A stretch of DNA of 20,000 nt from Theionarchaea archaeon (GCA_018992565.1 JACVGW010000004.1:48241-68240), one strand, 5' to 3'. Positions 1-11,783 are shown, counted from the stretch's first letter. The notes: generated by a model not told the origin, from the letters alone. A program made the numbers and translations.

Positions 1-577
1 CATCCTCCTGTATCTGTGCCAGACCTGTTTCAGATGGCGAGAAGGAGGTTCAACCTGCAGCCTCCATGACCTACCTGGATGCACAGTCTGTTATCAGCTT
101 CGGAGTCCTGAGGTACTGGACGAAAAGCACAGAGTCATCCAGAATGTGAGAGAAGCGCTTTCAGTTCTTGAATCATGTCCGGGTGTGGCGAATCTCATGC
201 CACAGGTCCATATGAACATCGCCATGAGTCTGGAACATGCGAAGAATCCCATGGAAGTGGCTGCTTTTCCTGGAAGGCTGGCACCAGTTCATGGAGTCGT
301 CACAGCAGTCTCAGATCCTGAATTTGGCGCATCCCACCACTTGGCTTCTCTTCTGCTGAAGACAGGAAAACGAGCAGTGATCAACATCAGGTATACTGAT
401 ATGCTCGCCTCTGCCCTCGAGAACCTGGGTATTACATTCTCGTATTCAACAGATGAATGTGGAGATGTCCTCATTGACACAGGAGGGTTTGGAATTGAAC
501 CCTGTGCGTATATATTCGGAAAAGACGCAGTGAATGCAGCTTTCACTCTTCGAAGGATTTCTCAAATTCTTGAATAG
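1..577 (+). CDS. ThiR-like regulator: Cys-rich linker plus C-terminal ThiN (thiamine-phosphate synthase-like) domain; 5' end lies outside the window
   Basis: Frame +2 is open from base 2 (ILLYLCQTCFRWREGGSTCSLHDLPGCTVC...) into the listed ORF 146..577. ThiN motifs are present: LMPQVHMNIA, VAAFPGR, PEFGASHH, INIRY, GGFGIEP. The upstream CxxC-x9-CxxH-x4-CxxC matches the C-terminus of the HTH protein at 4349..4741. The HTH itself is not visible and is inferred. Confidence 0.75.
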   Translation, partial: ILLYLCQTCFRWREGGSTCSLHDLPGCTVCYQLRSPEVLDEKHRVIQNVREALSVLESCPGVANLMPQVHMNIAMSLEHAKNPMEVAAFPGRLAPVHGVVTAVSDPEFGASHHLASLLLKTGKRAVINIRYTDMLASALENLGITFSYSTDECGDVLIDTGGFGIEPCAYIFGKDAVNAAFTLRRISQILE

Positions 578-1148
578 TCTCAACCAGCCGGGTAACCAAT
601 AGCCGTGTCTCCTCAGTGGGCATTTCATCGCATGGTTTGTACTTGAACGCTTTTCTCATGAGGAGTGGAATCTCAATCTGAACCCCTTTGTCTCTGGTCA
701 GGTTAACAACGTTCTTGGGATTCTTGGCAGAAAGATTTCTGCAGATTCCTCCGTCCTCGATAGCATCTACCACATCAAAGTCTTCTCTGAGGGACTGCAC
801 AATGCTGCGCCTCAGCGCCTGATTCAGGCCGCCCACGCAGATGACGTTGCGTTTTATGACATGACCATGTATGGAAATTGCTGTAGACACGTGCTCAAGG
901 AACTGTGCGAGCTTCTCTGAGTCCCTGGGGCTGATTTTGTTGGAGGAGATGTGAAACTTCCAGTCTCGCTTCTGGGTTCGGGGGGAGATGACATACAATG
1001 ATGAATTGCTGTTCTGAGCGATGCAGACAGCAATCTGCTCTGTACCTCGCTCTATATTTCCCCCGTGAACAGCCATAACTCCCACTTTTCCCTGGAGGAT
1101 ACTGTATTCAATGACGTCCTGGTGGGTCAGAAGCTTCGCCAATTTCAT
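543..1148 (-). CDS. Poly-gamma-glutamate hydrolase family protein (PghP/DUF867-like zinc peptidase)
   Basis: Family motifs AVHGGNIERGT, FHISS, ISIHG, VGG, NPKNVVN and GVQIEI. Putative Zn ligands in HGGNIE and SIHG, catalytic Glu in QIE. Confidence 0.8.
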   Translation of the reverse strand: MKLAKLLTHQDVIEYSILQGKVGVMAVHGGNIERGTEQIAVCIAQNSNSSLYVISPRTQKRDWKFHISSNKISPRDSEKLAQFLEHVSTAISIHGHVIKRNVICVGGLNQALRRSIVQSLREDFDVVDAIEDGGICRNLSAKNPKNVVNLTRDKGVQIEIPLLMRKAFKYKPCDEMPTEETRLLVTRLVETIQEFEKSFEE

Positions 1149-1169
1149 CGACGTCCCTATGAAGAATTC

Positions 1170-1182
1170 TATATAAAGGTTT
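1170..1182 (-). promoter_or_regulatory. Archaeal BRE/TATA promoter of the PGA-hydrolase gene (probably leaderless)
   Basis: Minus strand AAACC-TTTATATA, with the TATA ending about 21 nt upstream of the ATG at 1148. Confidence 0.6.
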
Positions 1183-1247
1183 ACGATTCTCTTTCTACAT
1201 ACGTACAGGGAGTACTGATAACGTCCGGTGCAGAAGTAAAAAGGGTA

Positions 1248-2234
1248 CTACCCACGACATCTCTCTCTCAGCGTAGAAATCTTCTGGATGCGGAAGATGA
1301 CGCTGTACAACTCCCTGTAAAATGAAGGTTGTTCCTGAAGCAGAAAAGAGCACAGATCATGATACGCAGCGTCAGCATTCCTGGTGAGGGCGGTGGCAAT
1401 AAAATCGGCTATTTCTTTCTTCAGGCTGACCTCTCTTAGGGAGGTGTGCTCACAGAGATCCTTGACTGCTGCTTCAAGAAGTGAGAGATGTTGGGCCAGA
1501 GAGAGGAGAACCAGCCCTCCCTTGTGAGAGACTATGAAGTTCATTGCCTGCTTTTTGAGAGAAAAAGACCCAAAATCATGAGATGGTTGATCCCAGAAGC
1601 TGCAGATGTGCCCTGCAAGGTTCAGATGGTCCAGGCATGATTTTTCTTCTGAGGTAACTGCGGGAGGATTGGAGTCCTGGCAGCTACTCGCTTCTGAAAT
1701 GCACTCCATCCTGGTGGACAGGCACGTGCAGATGACTGCGCCTTCTACAATCCGCGAAAGCAGCTCCCTCGTCCTGGTAATGTCCTCTTCACTTTCAGCA
1801 TGCCTGATGATAGTTTTTCCACTTACAGAAAGCAAGATCTCTTTCTGCTGAAAGTCAATGCGGGCGATACCCAGTTGCTTGGAGCACCGTACTGGCTCTG
1901 TCCAGGCTGGGAGGATGTCACATACTAGAGGGTCTAACCATCCATACTCCACCTCGCGGTGAGCCAGGTACAGTTCTGCCATCACCATACCTGACTCTGT
2001 AGAGCAGGGTTCAATGAGGGAAGTGGGTTTTACTTTTGTAGGTAAGGGCTGTATGGTCTGTATCAGCGTCTGCATTGACGCGATATCCAGTGAATAACCA
2101 CTCTTCAACCAATGACACTTTTCCAGAGGTTCCCGGTTGAAAATGACATTGCGTAAAAAGGTAGAACAGCTTTGATATCCGCAGATCCCACAATCCTTCT
2201 GGGGCATTGCCTGATATGCACTGCAGAGGTCCAT
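1248..2234 (-). CDS. Uncharacterised Fe-S protein with an N-terminal C-x2-C-x4-C-x16-C [4Fe-4S] domain and a second Cys cluster
   Basis: MPQKDCGICGYQSC-x16-C is the FeS module of RnfB/AcsC N-termini. A second Cys cluster reads CTCLSTRMECISEASSC. Start placed at ATG 2234 because SD-like GGGGTGA (2239-2245) precedes it and overlaps the sufS stop. Confidence 0.65.
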   Translation of the reverse strand: MDLCSAYQAMPQKDCGICGYQSCSTFLRNVIFNREPLEKCHWLKSGYSLDIASMQTLIQTIQPLPTKVKPTSLIEPCSTESGMVMAELYLAHREVEYGWLDPLVCDILPAWTEPVRCSKQLGIARIDFQQKEILLSVSGKTIIRHAESEEDITRTRELLSRIVEGAVICTCLSTRMECISEASSCQDSNPPAVTSEEKSCLDHLNLAGHICSFWDQPSHDFGSFSLKKQAMNFIVSHKGGLVLLSLAQHLSLLEAAVKDLCEHTSLREVSLKKEIADFIATALTRNADAAYHDLCSFLLQEQPSFYRELYSVIFRIQKISTLRERCRG

Positions 2235-2238
2235 GGCG

Positions 2239-3429
2239 TCACCCCGCAAGAGTCCTGGCAATCTCTTTCACAACATCAACCATCTGTTCCACTTCCTGTG
2301 CAGTGTTATAACAGTGATATGACGCCCTGACTGTTCCTGGAACATGCAGTTTCTTCATGATCGGGAGAGCACAGTGATGGCCTGAACGAACCATGATCCC
2401 CTGGGTGTCCAGTATGGATGCCACGTCATGAGGGTTCATGCCTTCCATGGTGAAAGAAACTACACCTGCGTGGGTTTCCATCTCCTGAGAGCCGTACCAG
2501 GTTACCTCAGGGATTTCAGACAGTCCATCCAGGGTCAGTCTGGTGAGCAGCGCTTCCTGCCTCTGTATCTCGGAGAACCCAATTTCTTGAATATACTCCA
2601 CAGCAGCTCCCAACCCAATGGCACCTGCAATATTGGGAGTCCCTGGTTCAAATCCATAAGGAGCATCTGCCAGGTCATAGCCTGTAAGGGAGACGTCCCG
2701 AACTGCCCCTCCTCCCAGAAAGCAGGGATCCATCTGATCCTGAACGCTCTTTCTCATGAACAGCACTCCAATACCTGTTGGACCCATGGGGCCTTTGTGA
2801 CCTGAAAAGGCAAGGAAGTCACATCCCAGCTTTTCTACATCCAAAGGGACATGTCCTGCAGCCTGAGCTGCATCCACACAGAATAATGCTCCTTCCTTTC
2901 TGGCCACTGCCCCGATTTTCTGCACGGGAAGAACAGTGCCCACTGCATTGGATATGATGCTGCAGGTGACCAGGTGAGCTCCCTCAATTTTCCCCAGCTC
3001 CTCCTCTTCCAGGATGCCAGGAGGTGAAGCCTCCATGATCTTCAGTGTAACGTCCCTGTCCTGTAATCTGAAAAAAGGCAGGAAGTTTGAATGGTGTTCC
3101 AGTTCTGTGGACACCACGATATCACCTGCATGAAAGGCCATCCCCAGGGCCACACGATTCAGTGCCTCCGTGGTGTTTGCAACAAAAATGACTTCTTCAG
3201 AAGATGCATTGATGAAATCAGCCACGTTCTCACGTGCCTCACTGAAGGCCCGGGAAGCTTCTTCAGAAAGAGAATGCACGCCTCTATGCACATTTCCCCG
3301 GTATTCCATGTAGTACCTTGTGACAGCCTCCACCACATGCCGGGGAGTCAAACTAGTAGCCGCGTTGTCAAAGTAAACGACCTTGCTGGTCAATGGAATA
3401 TCGGCTCGGACCTCATCCGGAACCCTCAT
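2239..3429 (-). CDS. sufS: Cysteine desulfurase, SufS/group II type (PLP-dependent, class V)
   Basis: YFDNAATS, GNVHRG, EHHSN, DAAQ, FSGHK (PLP lysine), GTPNIAG and RSGHHCA (group II catalytic Cys motif). ATGA overlap with the nadA stop. Confidence 0.92.
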   Translation of the reverse strand: MRVPDEVRADIPLTSKVVYFDNAATSLTPRHVVEAVTRYYMEYRGNVHRGVHSLSEEASRAFSEARENVADFINASSEEVIFVANTTEALNRVALGMAFHAGDIVVSTELEHHSNFLPFFRLQDRDVTLKIMEASPPGILEEEELGKIEGAHLVTCSIISNAVGTVLPVQKIGAVARKEGALFCVDAAQAAGHVPLDVEKLGCDFLAFSGHKGPMGPTGIGVLFMRKSVQDQMDPCFLGGGAVRDVSLTGYDLADAPYGFEPGTPNIAGAIGLGAAVEYIQEIGFSEIQRQEALLTRLTLDGLSEIPEVTWYGSQEMETHAGVVSFTMEGMNPHDVASILDTQGIMVRSGHHCALPIMKKLHVPGTVRASYHCYNTAQEVEQMVDVVKEIARTLAG

Positions 3430-4301
3430 TCCATCAACTCAAACATTGCGTCAATAGCCTTCTTTGCTTTTCGAGCCACCTCTGGATCAACCATAACCAT
3501 GTTTTCTACAGGTTTTTCTCTGAGAACGTATTCCACACTCTCACGTGTTATCATCTTCATATTGGGACAGACAGTGTAGGCAGAAAGGGCATGAACGATC
3601 TTTCCTGGGCACTCGTTTCTGATTTTGTGCAACATTCCATTTTCAGTTCCAATAATAACTTCTTTGGAATCAGTATTCTTCACGTAGTTGAGAATTCCCT
3701 CTGTTCCTCCCACGTAGTCTGCCAGATCGATGACCTCAGGTCTGCATTCAGGATGAACAGCCACCGTAGCCTGAGGATGGTTCTCCTTCATGAGGAGAAC
3801 GTCTTCAGCCATCAACTGATGGTGTGTGGGACAGTTACCTCCTTCAGGGACTATTATAACCTCCTTGTCCACAAACCGTTTGACATAGCTGCCCAGGTTC
3901 CTATCAGGGGTAAAGAGTATGGTATCTGTGTCCAATCGGGAAACGATGGAAACTGCGTTGGCTGAAGTGCAGATAGTATCTGAGACTGCTTTTACTGCGG
4001 CCGTGGTATTGACATACGCCACTACAAGAGCCCCGGGATACACCTTCTTGGCCTGGAGGATATCCTCTGATGTGACTTGATGGGCCATGGGACATTGACT
4101 CAGAGGCTCTGGCATAAAGACCCGTTTCTCAGGATTGAGGATGGCTGCAGTCTCTGCCATGAAATCGACTCCACAGAAGATAATGTCATTACATTCTGTT
4201 TCACGGGCGATCTGACATAACTTTAGAGAATCACCTGTAAGATCAGCTCTATCCTGCACGTCAGGTCGCTGATAATTGTGAGCCAGGATTATAGTATCCA
4301 T
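3426..4301 (-). CDS. nadA: Quinolinate synthase
   Basis: ILAHNYQ, GDSL, FCGVDFMAETA, YVNT, CTSAN, PDRNLG, HPEC, IGTE. The three cluster cysteines are in CPMA, CPTH and CPNMK. Confidence 0.96.
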   Translation of the reverse strand: MDTIILAHNYQRPDVQDRADLTGDSLKLCQIARETECNDIIFCGVDFMAETAAILNPEKRVFMPEPLSQCPMAHQVTSEDILQAKKVYPGALVVAYVNTTAAVKAVSDTICTSANAVSIVSRLDTDTILFTPDRNLGSYVKRFVDKEVIIVPEGGNCPTHHQLMAEDVLLMKENHPQATVAVHPECRPEVIDLADYVGGTEGILNYVKNTDSKEVIIGTENGMLHKIRNECPGKIVHALSAYTVCPNMKMITRESVEYVLREKPVENMVMVDPEVARKAKKAIDAMFELME

Positions 4302-4302
4302 G

Positions 4303-4319
4303 GTATAACACCGTTATAC
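4303..4319. promoter_or_regulatory. Perfect 7-3-7 inverted repeat, candidate operator GTATAAC-acc-GTTATAC
   Basis: Read directly. It lies between the TATA box and the nadA start codon, a repressor position. Confidence 0.7.
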
Positions 4320-4330
4320 TTATATATAAG
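4319..4330. promoter_or_regulatory. Palindromic (bidirectional) TATA box CTTATATATAAG shared by nadA and the HTH regulator
   Basis: Self-complementary 12-mer lying 17-18 nt from both divergent start codons (4301 and 4349). Confidence 0.65.
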
Positions 4331-4348
4331 CATTTCCGAAGGGGAGAT

Positions 4349-4741
4349 ATGAAGCCTCCCTGTGAACTGGCAGTGAAGGAGCTTCTTCCTTCCTTGCGAG
4401 CCGCTATCGTCAAAGAACTGTCTGAAAAATATCATATGAAACAGATAGATATTGCTGAAGCTGTTGGGATAACCCAGGCCTCAGTAAGCCAGTATCTGCA
4501 CGTGGAGAGGGCGAAAGAGGATAGAATTACTCTCATAGAGGGGTTTGATGAAGGAGTGAAGACAATTGCAGAAAAGATAGCTCTCAATCGCATGTCAAAA
4601 ACTGCTGTGCTTCACGCAGTGTGTGAGCTGTGTACAAGGATCCGAGAGTCAGAGGCATTCTGTCAGATCCACCAGGATATGGTAATGCTTGAAGGCTGCG
4701 ATATCTGTAAACCCGCCCAGTGCAAGGAAGAACGAGGTTGA
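4349..4741 (+). CDS. XRE-type HTH transcriptional regulator (COG2522-like) with Cys/His-rich C-terminus
   Basis: MKPPCE...LLPSLRA N-terminus, HTH KQIDIAEAVGITQASVSQYL, and C-terminal CELC-x9-CQIH-x8-CDIC. Confidence 0.85.
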   Translation: MKPPCELAVKELLPSLRAAIVKELSEKYHMKQIDIAEAVGITQASVSQYLHVERAKEDRITLIEGFDEGVKTIAEKIALNRMSKTAVLHAVCELCTRIRESEAFCQIHQDMVMLEGCDICKPAQCKEERG

Positions 4742-4764
4742 GTGGGATAGAAGCCAGATAAGCA

Positions 4765-5439
4765 TCAATGGAAGATACTGTAGATTTTTCCAGCTTTTTT
4801 CTTACCAATACCTTCTACCTGCTGCAGTCGCTTCTCAGTGGCATTTGCCACTGCAGCAATTGAACCAAAGTGATCCAGCAAATTCCTGGCCAGAACATCC
4901 CCCACAGAAGGGACCGATGCCAGCACGTACCGTCTGAGATCCATTTCTGGCAAGTGGGGAGACAGGTGTTTTCTGAACCAACGTGAACTGGGAAGCACGT
5001 CATTTTTCCCCTGGGTTTCCCGCTGGATCAGAATCCTGAGACACTGGTACAGCGCCTCGTCATCCTCACAGACAACGAGAGGAATATCATACACGAAGAG
5101 GATTTCCATGTATGCTCCCATGATCTGCGGCCAGGGTATGGATAGGTCCTGGTCAAAGGCACCATGGACTATGAGCAGTTTTCTCTTCAGTGGATACCCC
5201 AGTAAGGTATCAGCCTTCATGAGACGCAGCAGTTGATCCCACAGCCTGTTAGACCTCAGAGAAGAGAGAAAGTCTGATGTGGACTTACGCTCAATGAGTA
5301 CCCCCGTATCGCTGGAGACCAGGAAAAAATCACCCAAAGGCAGATGCGTCACATCAATGTGGACAGGTGGGGTCTGGCTACCTAAGGGCATGAGCAGCGA
5401 CTGAACAGCACTCTCACGGTGATCTATGAGTATATGCAT
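4765..5439 (-). CDS. Short XPF/ERCC4-family structure-specific endonuclease (nuclease + HhH2, no helicase)
   Basis: IDHRE, LPLGDF, IERKSTSDF and RLWDQ nuclease motifs; HhH pair VPSVG...VEGIGKKKA. ATG 5439 preferred over TTG 5460 because a TATA-like TTTTATAG (5461-5468, minus) sits about 21 nt upstream. Confidence 0.85.
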   Translation of the reverse strand: MHILIDHRESAVQSLLMPLGSQTPPVHIDVTHLPLGDFFLVSSDTGVLIERKSTSDFLSSLRSNRLWDQLLRLMKADTLLGYPLKRKLLIVHGAFDQDLSIPWPQIMGAYMEILFVYDIPLVVCEDDEALYQCLRILIQRETQGKNDVLPSSRWFRKHLSPHLPEMDLRRYVLASVPSVGDVLARNLLDHFGSIAAVANATEKRLQQVEGIGKKKAGKIYSIFH

Positions 5440-5540
5440 CAATGTCAGGTGGGGGTTCAACTATAAAATATTGTGTGCTCGCTGCAATATGTAGAAGGTT
5501 CTCGTGCAACACTGATGTTCCTACCTCTCCGTCATGAGGG

Positions 5541-6587
5541 TCACGTGAGCCGTTCCAGCACTGTCTTCATTCTGTTGATAGCCTCCTCCATTCTATCACT
5601 TACCAGTGAAAGCCTGAAATGGTTCCGGTAATCACCAAAGAAAACTCCCGGAATAACTGACACACCTTCTTTAAGAAGTTCCTCGCCAAATAATTCACTG
5701 TTCACAGGTATTTTCGGAAACAGGTAAAATGCACCCTGACATGGGACAAAAGGTATCCCATTGTCTGCAAGCCCTTTCTCTACGACTTTCTTTCTCTTCA
5801 GATAGATTTCCTTCGCCTTTCTATCAGTTTCATCTCTGAGGGTGAGTGCCTTCAATGCAGCCCATTGAGCAAATTCTACAGAACACGTGATTGTGTGCAC
5901 CTGGAAATCCTCGAGTCTCCGAATCCATTCAGAACTGGAAATCACATATCCTAACCTGTAGCCAGTCATGGAGAATCTCTTGGAGAAGCTTCCTATGTAG
6001 ATGAGGTCTTCACAGTCAAATTCTGTGAAAGAGACAAAATCATCATAGACCAGGAAGGAGTAGATTTCGTCTGCCAGCAGGGTGATATGATAGTCATTGC
6101 ACAAATCCACCAGTTCTTTCATCTTGGACGGGGCGAGAATAGTCCCTGTGGGGTTGTTGGGGTAATTGGTGAACATGAGGTCAAATGTGCTGTCCAGTGA
6201 TTCAAAGGAAGGAGAAAACTTGTCCTCGAAGGTGGTGTGAATGGTATGGTAGGGTTTCTTGAGGAATTCCAGGTTCTCTTCATACGCAGGCCAGCCAGGA
6301 TGAATGACTGCTGCTTTGTTACAGAGGTAGGTTGCAGCGTAGATGGGCAACTTCCCTCCAACAGTAATGAGAACCTGATCAGTTGAAACGTTGTGAATTT
6401 CAGCCAGAGCCTCCCGCAGCGGGGTAATACCATATGCAGAGGTATACCTGGTTTTGCCAGCTCGCAACGCTTCCACTGTGGCTTCAATAACGCGCTGATC
6501 CACAGCGAGATCGGGCTGGCCAATGTCCAGACGTATTTCTGGGTTATACTGCCTTATTTTCTCAATATAGTCATACATGGTACGCAT
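5541..6587 (-). CDS. PLP-dependent aminotransferase class I/II (aspartate aminotransferase-like)
   Basis: IGQPD, YTSAYGITPLR, NYPNNPTG, DEIY, SFSKRFSMTGYRLG (PLP lysine), GAFY, FRLS. SD TGAGGAG at 6594-6600. Confidence 0.9.
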   Translation of the reverse strand: MRTMYDYIEKIRQYNPEIRLDIGQPDLAVDQRVIEATVEALRAGKTRYTSAYGITPLREALAEIHNVSTDQVLITVGGKLPIYAATYLCNKAAVIHPGWPAYEENLEFLKKPYHTIHTTFEDKFSPSFESLDSTFDLMFTNYPNNPTGTILAPSKMKELVDLCNDYHITLLADEIYSFLVYDDFVSFTEFDCEDLIYIGSFSKRFSMTGYRLGYVISSSEWIRRLEDFQVHTITCSVEFAQWAALKALTLRDETDRKAKEIYLKRKKVVEKGLADNGIPFVPCQGAFYLFPKIPVNSELFGEELLKEGVSVIPGVFFGDYRNHFRLSLVSDRMEEAINRMKTVLERLT

Positions 6588-6806
6588 GAATATCTCCTCA
6601 TTTTCTAGGATTTATATCAACTTAAAAAGATTATGTGTAGATGTGGGGTAAGCCTTGAGAAGTAGGGAAAAGAGGAATACTCAGACTATAGAAAGAGCTC
6701 CAACATACACTGGTCGTGATAGTCTCAATGAGATTACACTGCATCAACTCACGTTCGTTAGAAACAGAAAATAAAAGTGAAAGTGAAGGATCATGCACAC
6801 GTTGCT

Positions 6807-6823
6807 GTACCTGTCGCTTGACC
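6807..6823 (-). other. 3' strand of the pre-23S bulge-helix-bulge processing stem (pairs with 9842-9858)
   Basis: RNA GGUCA-AGCG-ACA-GGUAC pairs with GUACC-CGCU-AAU-UGACC, giving a 4-bp helix flanked by two 3-nt bulges. The stem is extended by CAACGUGUGCA/UGCACACGUUG. Confidence 0.8.
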
Positions 6824-6836
6824 TGACTATTTCAGA

Positions 6837-9827
<2,991 letters not shown>

Positions 9828-9841
9828 CTTACTGAAGCCAG

Positions 9842-9858
9842 GGTCAATTAGCGGGTAC
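9842..9858 (-). other. 5' strand of the pre-23S bulge-helix-bulge processing stem
   Basis: Complementary to 6807-6823 with BHB geometry. Confidence 0.8.
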
Positions 9859-9931
9859 TCACAACGTGTGCACGACGTCACCATCACATGTGTGATTCAG
9901 TCCTTCATATGGAGTATACTGGTACTCCATA

Positions 9932-10005
9932 TGGACTCGGCGGGATTTGAACCCGCGGCCTCTGGCTTGCAAAGCCAGCGCTCATACCAACTGAGCTACG
10001 AGCCC
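9932..10005 (-). tRNA. tRNA-Ala(UGC) in the 16S-23S spacer; CCA not encoded, no intron
   Basis: GGGCTCG/CGAGTCC acceptor stem with G3:U70 and discriminator A; anticodon arm CTGGC-TT-TGC-AA-GCCAG; T-loop GGTTCAAATCC. Confidence 0.97.
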
Positions 10006-10020
10006 TCACGATAAACGTGA

Positions 10021-10045
10021 AATGACTTTATGGTGTTTGAGTCCA
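10021..10045 (-). other. 3' strand of the pre-16S bulge-helix-bulge stem (pairs with 11546-11570)
   Basis: RNA UGGACUCAAA-CACC-AUA-AAGUCAUU pairs with AAUGACUU-GGUG-AAA-UUUGAGUCCA, a perfect canonical BHB. Confidence 0.9.
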
Positions 10046-10052
10046 TGGAATT

Positions 10053-11520
<1,468 letters not shown>

Positions 11521-11545
11521 TATTGGTCTTAAGGGAGTTATAGGG

Positions 11546-11570
11546 TGGACTCAAATTTCACCAAGTCATT
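11546..11570 (-). other. 5' strand of the pre-16S bulge-helix-bulge stem
   Basis: Complementary to 10021-10045. Confidence 0.9.
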
Positions 11571-11731
11571 CCTACATCAAATCCAGCCTCTGCTGGACTC
11601 TCATCTCGTATGTCCCACGAGGAGAGCGACTTCTCATCTGAAGAGCATCTGCTCAATAAAGGATATAAAATACAATCCTTCTCGAAGTCGACGCCATGGT
11701 AATGGGACTATTCTATCTTTGTGAAAACGCG

Positions 11732-11783
11732 CTTTTAAACGTTTCGGTGCCTAGGTGTAAGGCTCCCTTTTAAACGTTTCGGT
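11732..11783 (-). promoter_or_regulatory. Tandem rRNA promoters: two identical 17-mers ACCGAAACGTTTAAAAG (BRE + TATA), 35 bp apart
   Basis: Exact direct repeat CTTTTAAACGTTTCGGT at 11732-11748 and 11767-11783 on the plus strand, oriented towards the 16S gene. Confidence 0.8.

Noticed and set aside
2428..3965. Plus-strand ORFs of 125-190 aa opposite sufS/nadA, and similar shadow ORFs opposite lhr, the prenyl synthase and acuC
   Set aside because: Antisense shadows of well-supported genes with no recognisable motifs.
1248..4301. Stop-codon recoding (Sec/Pyl) or fusion across nadA-sufS-FeS
   Set aside because: Each protein is complete at its stop, adjacent genes are in different frames, and no SECIS-like element was recognised.
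6600..6836. Possible 5S rRNA or box C/D sRNA downstream of 23S (TTGATGC...CTGA on the minus strand; AGACTAT/ATAGTCT stem)
   Set aside because: No 5S signature motifs, and an unlinked 5S is common in archaea. Box C is imperfect, with no convincing C' box or guide identified.
11732..11783. Mini-CRISPR interpretation of the 17-bp direct repeat
   Set aside because: Only two short copies with an 18-bp spacer, no cas genes, and the unit is a BRE-TATA pointing at the 16S gene.
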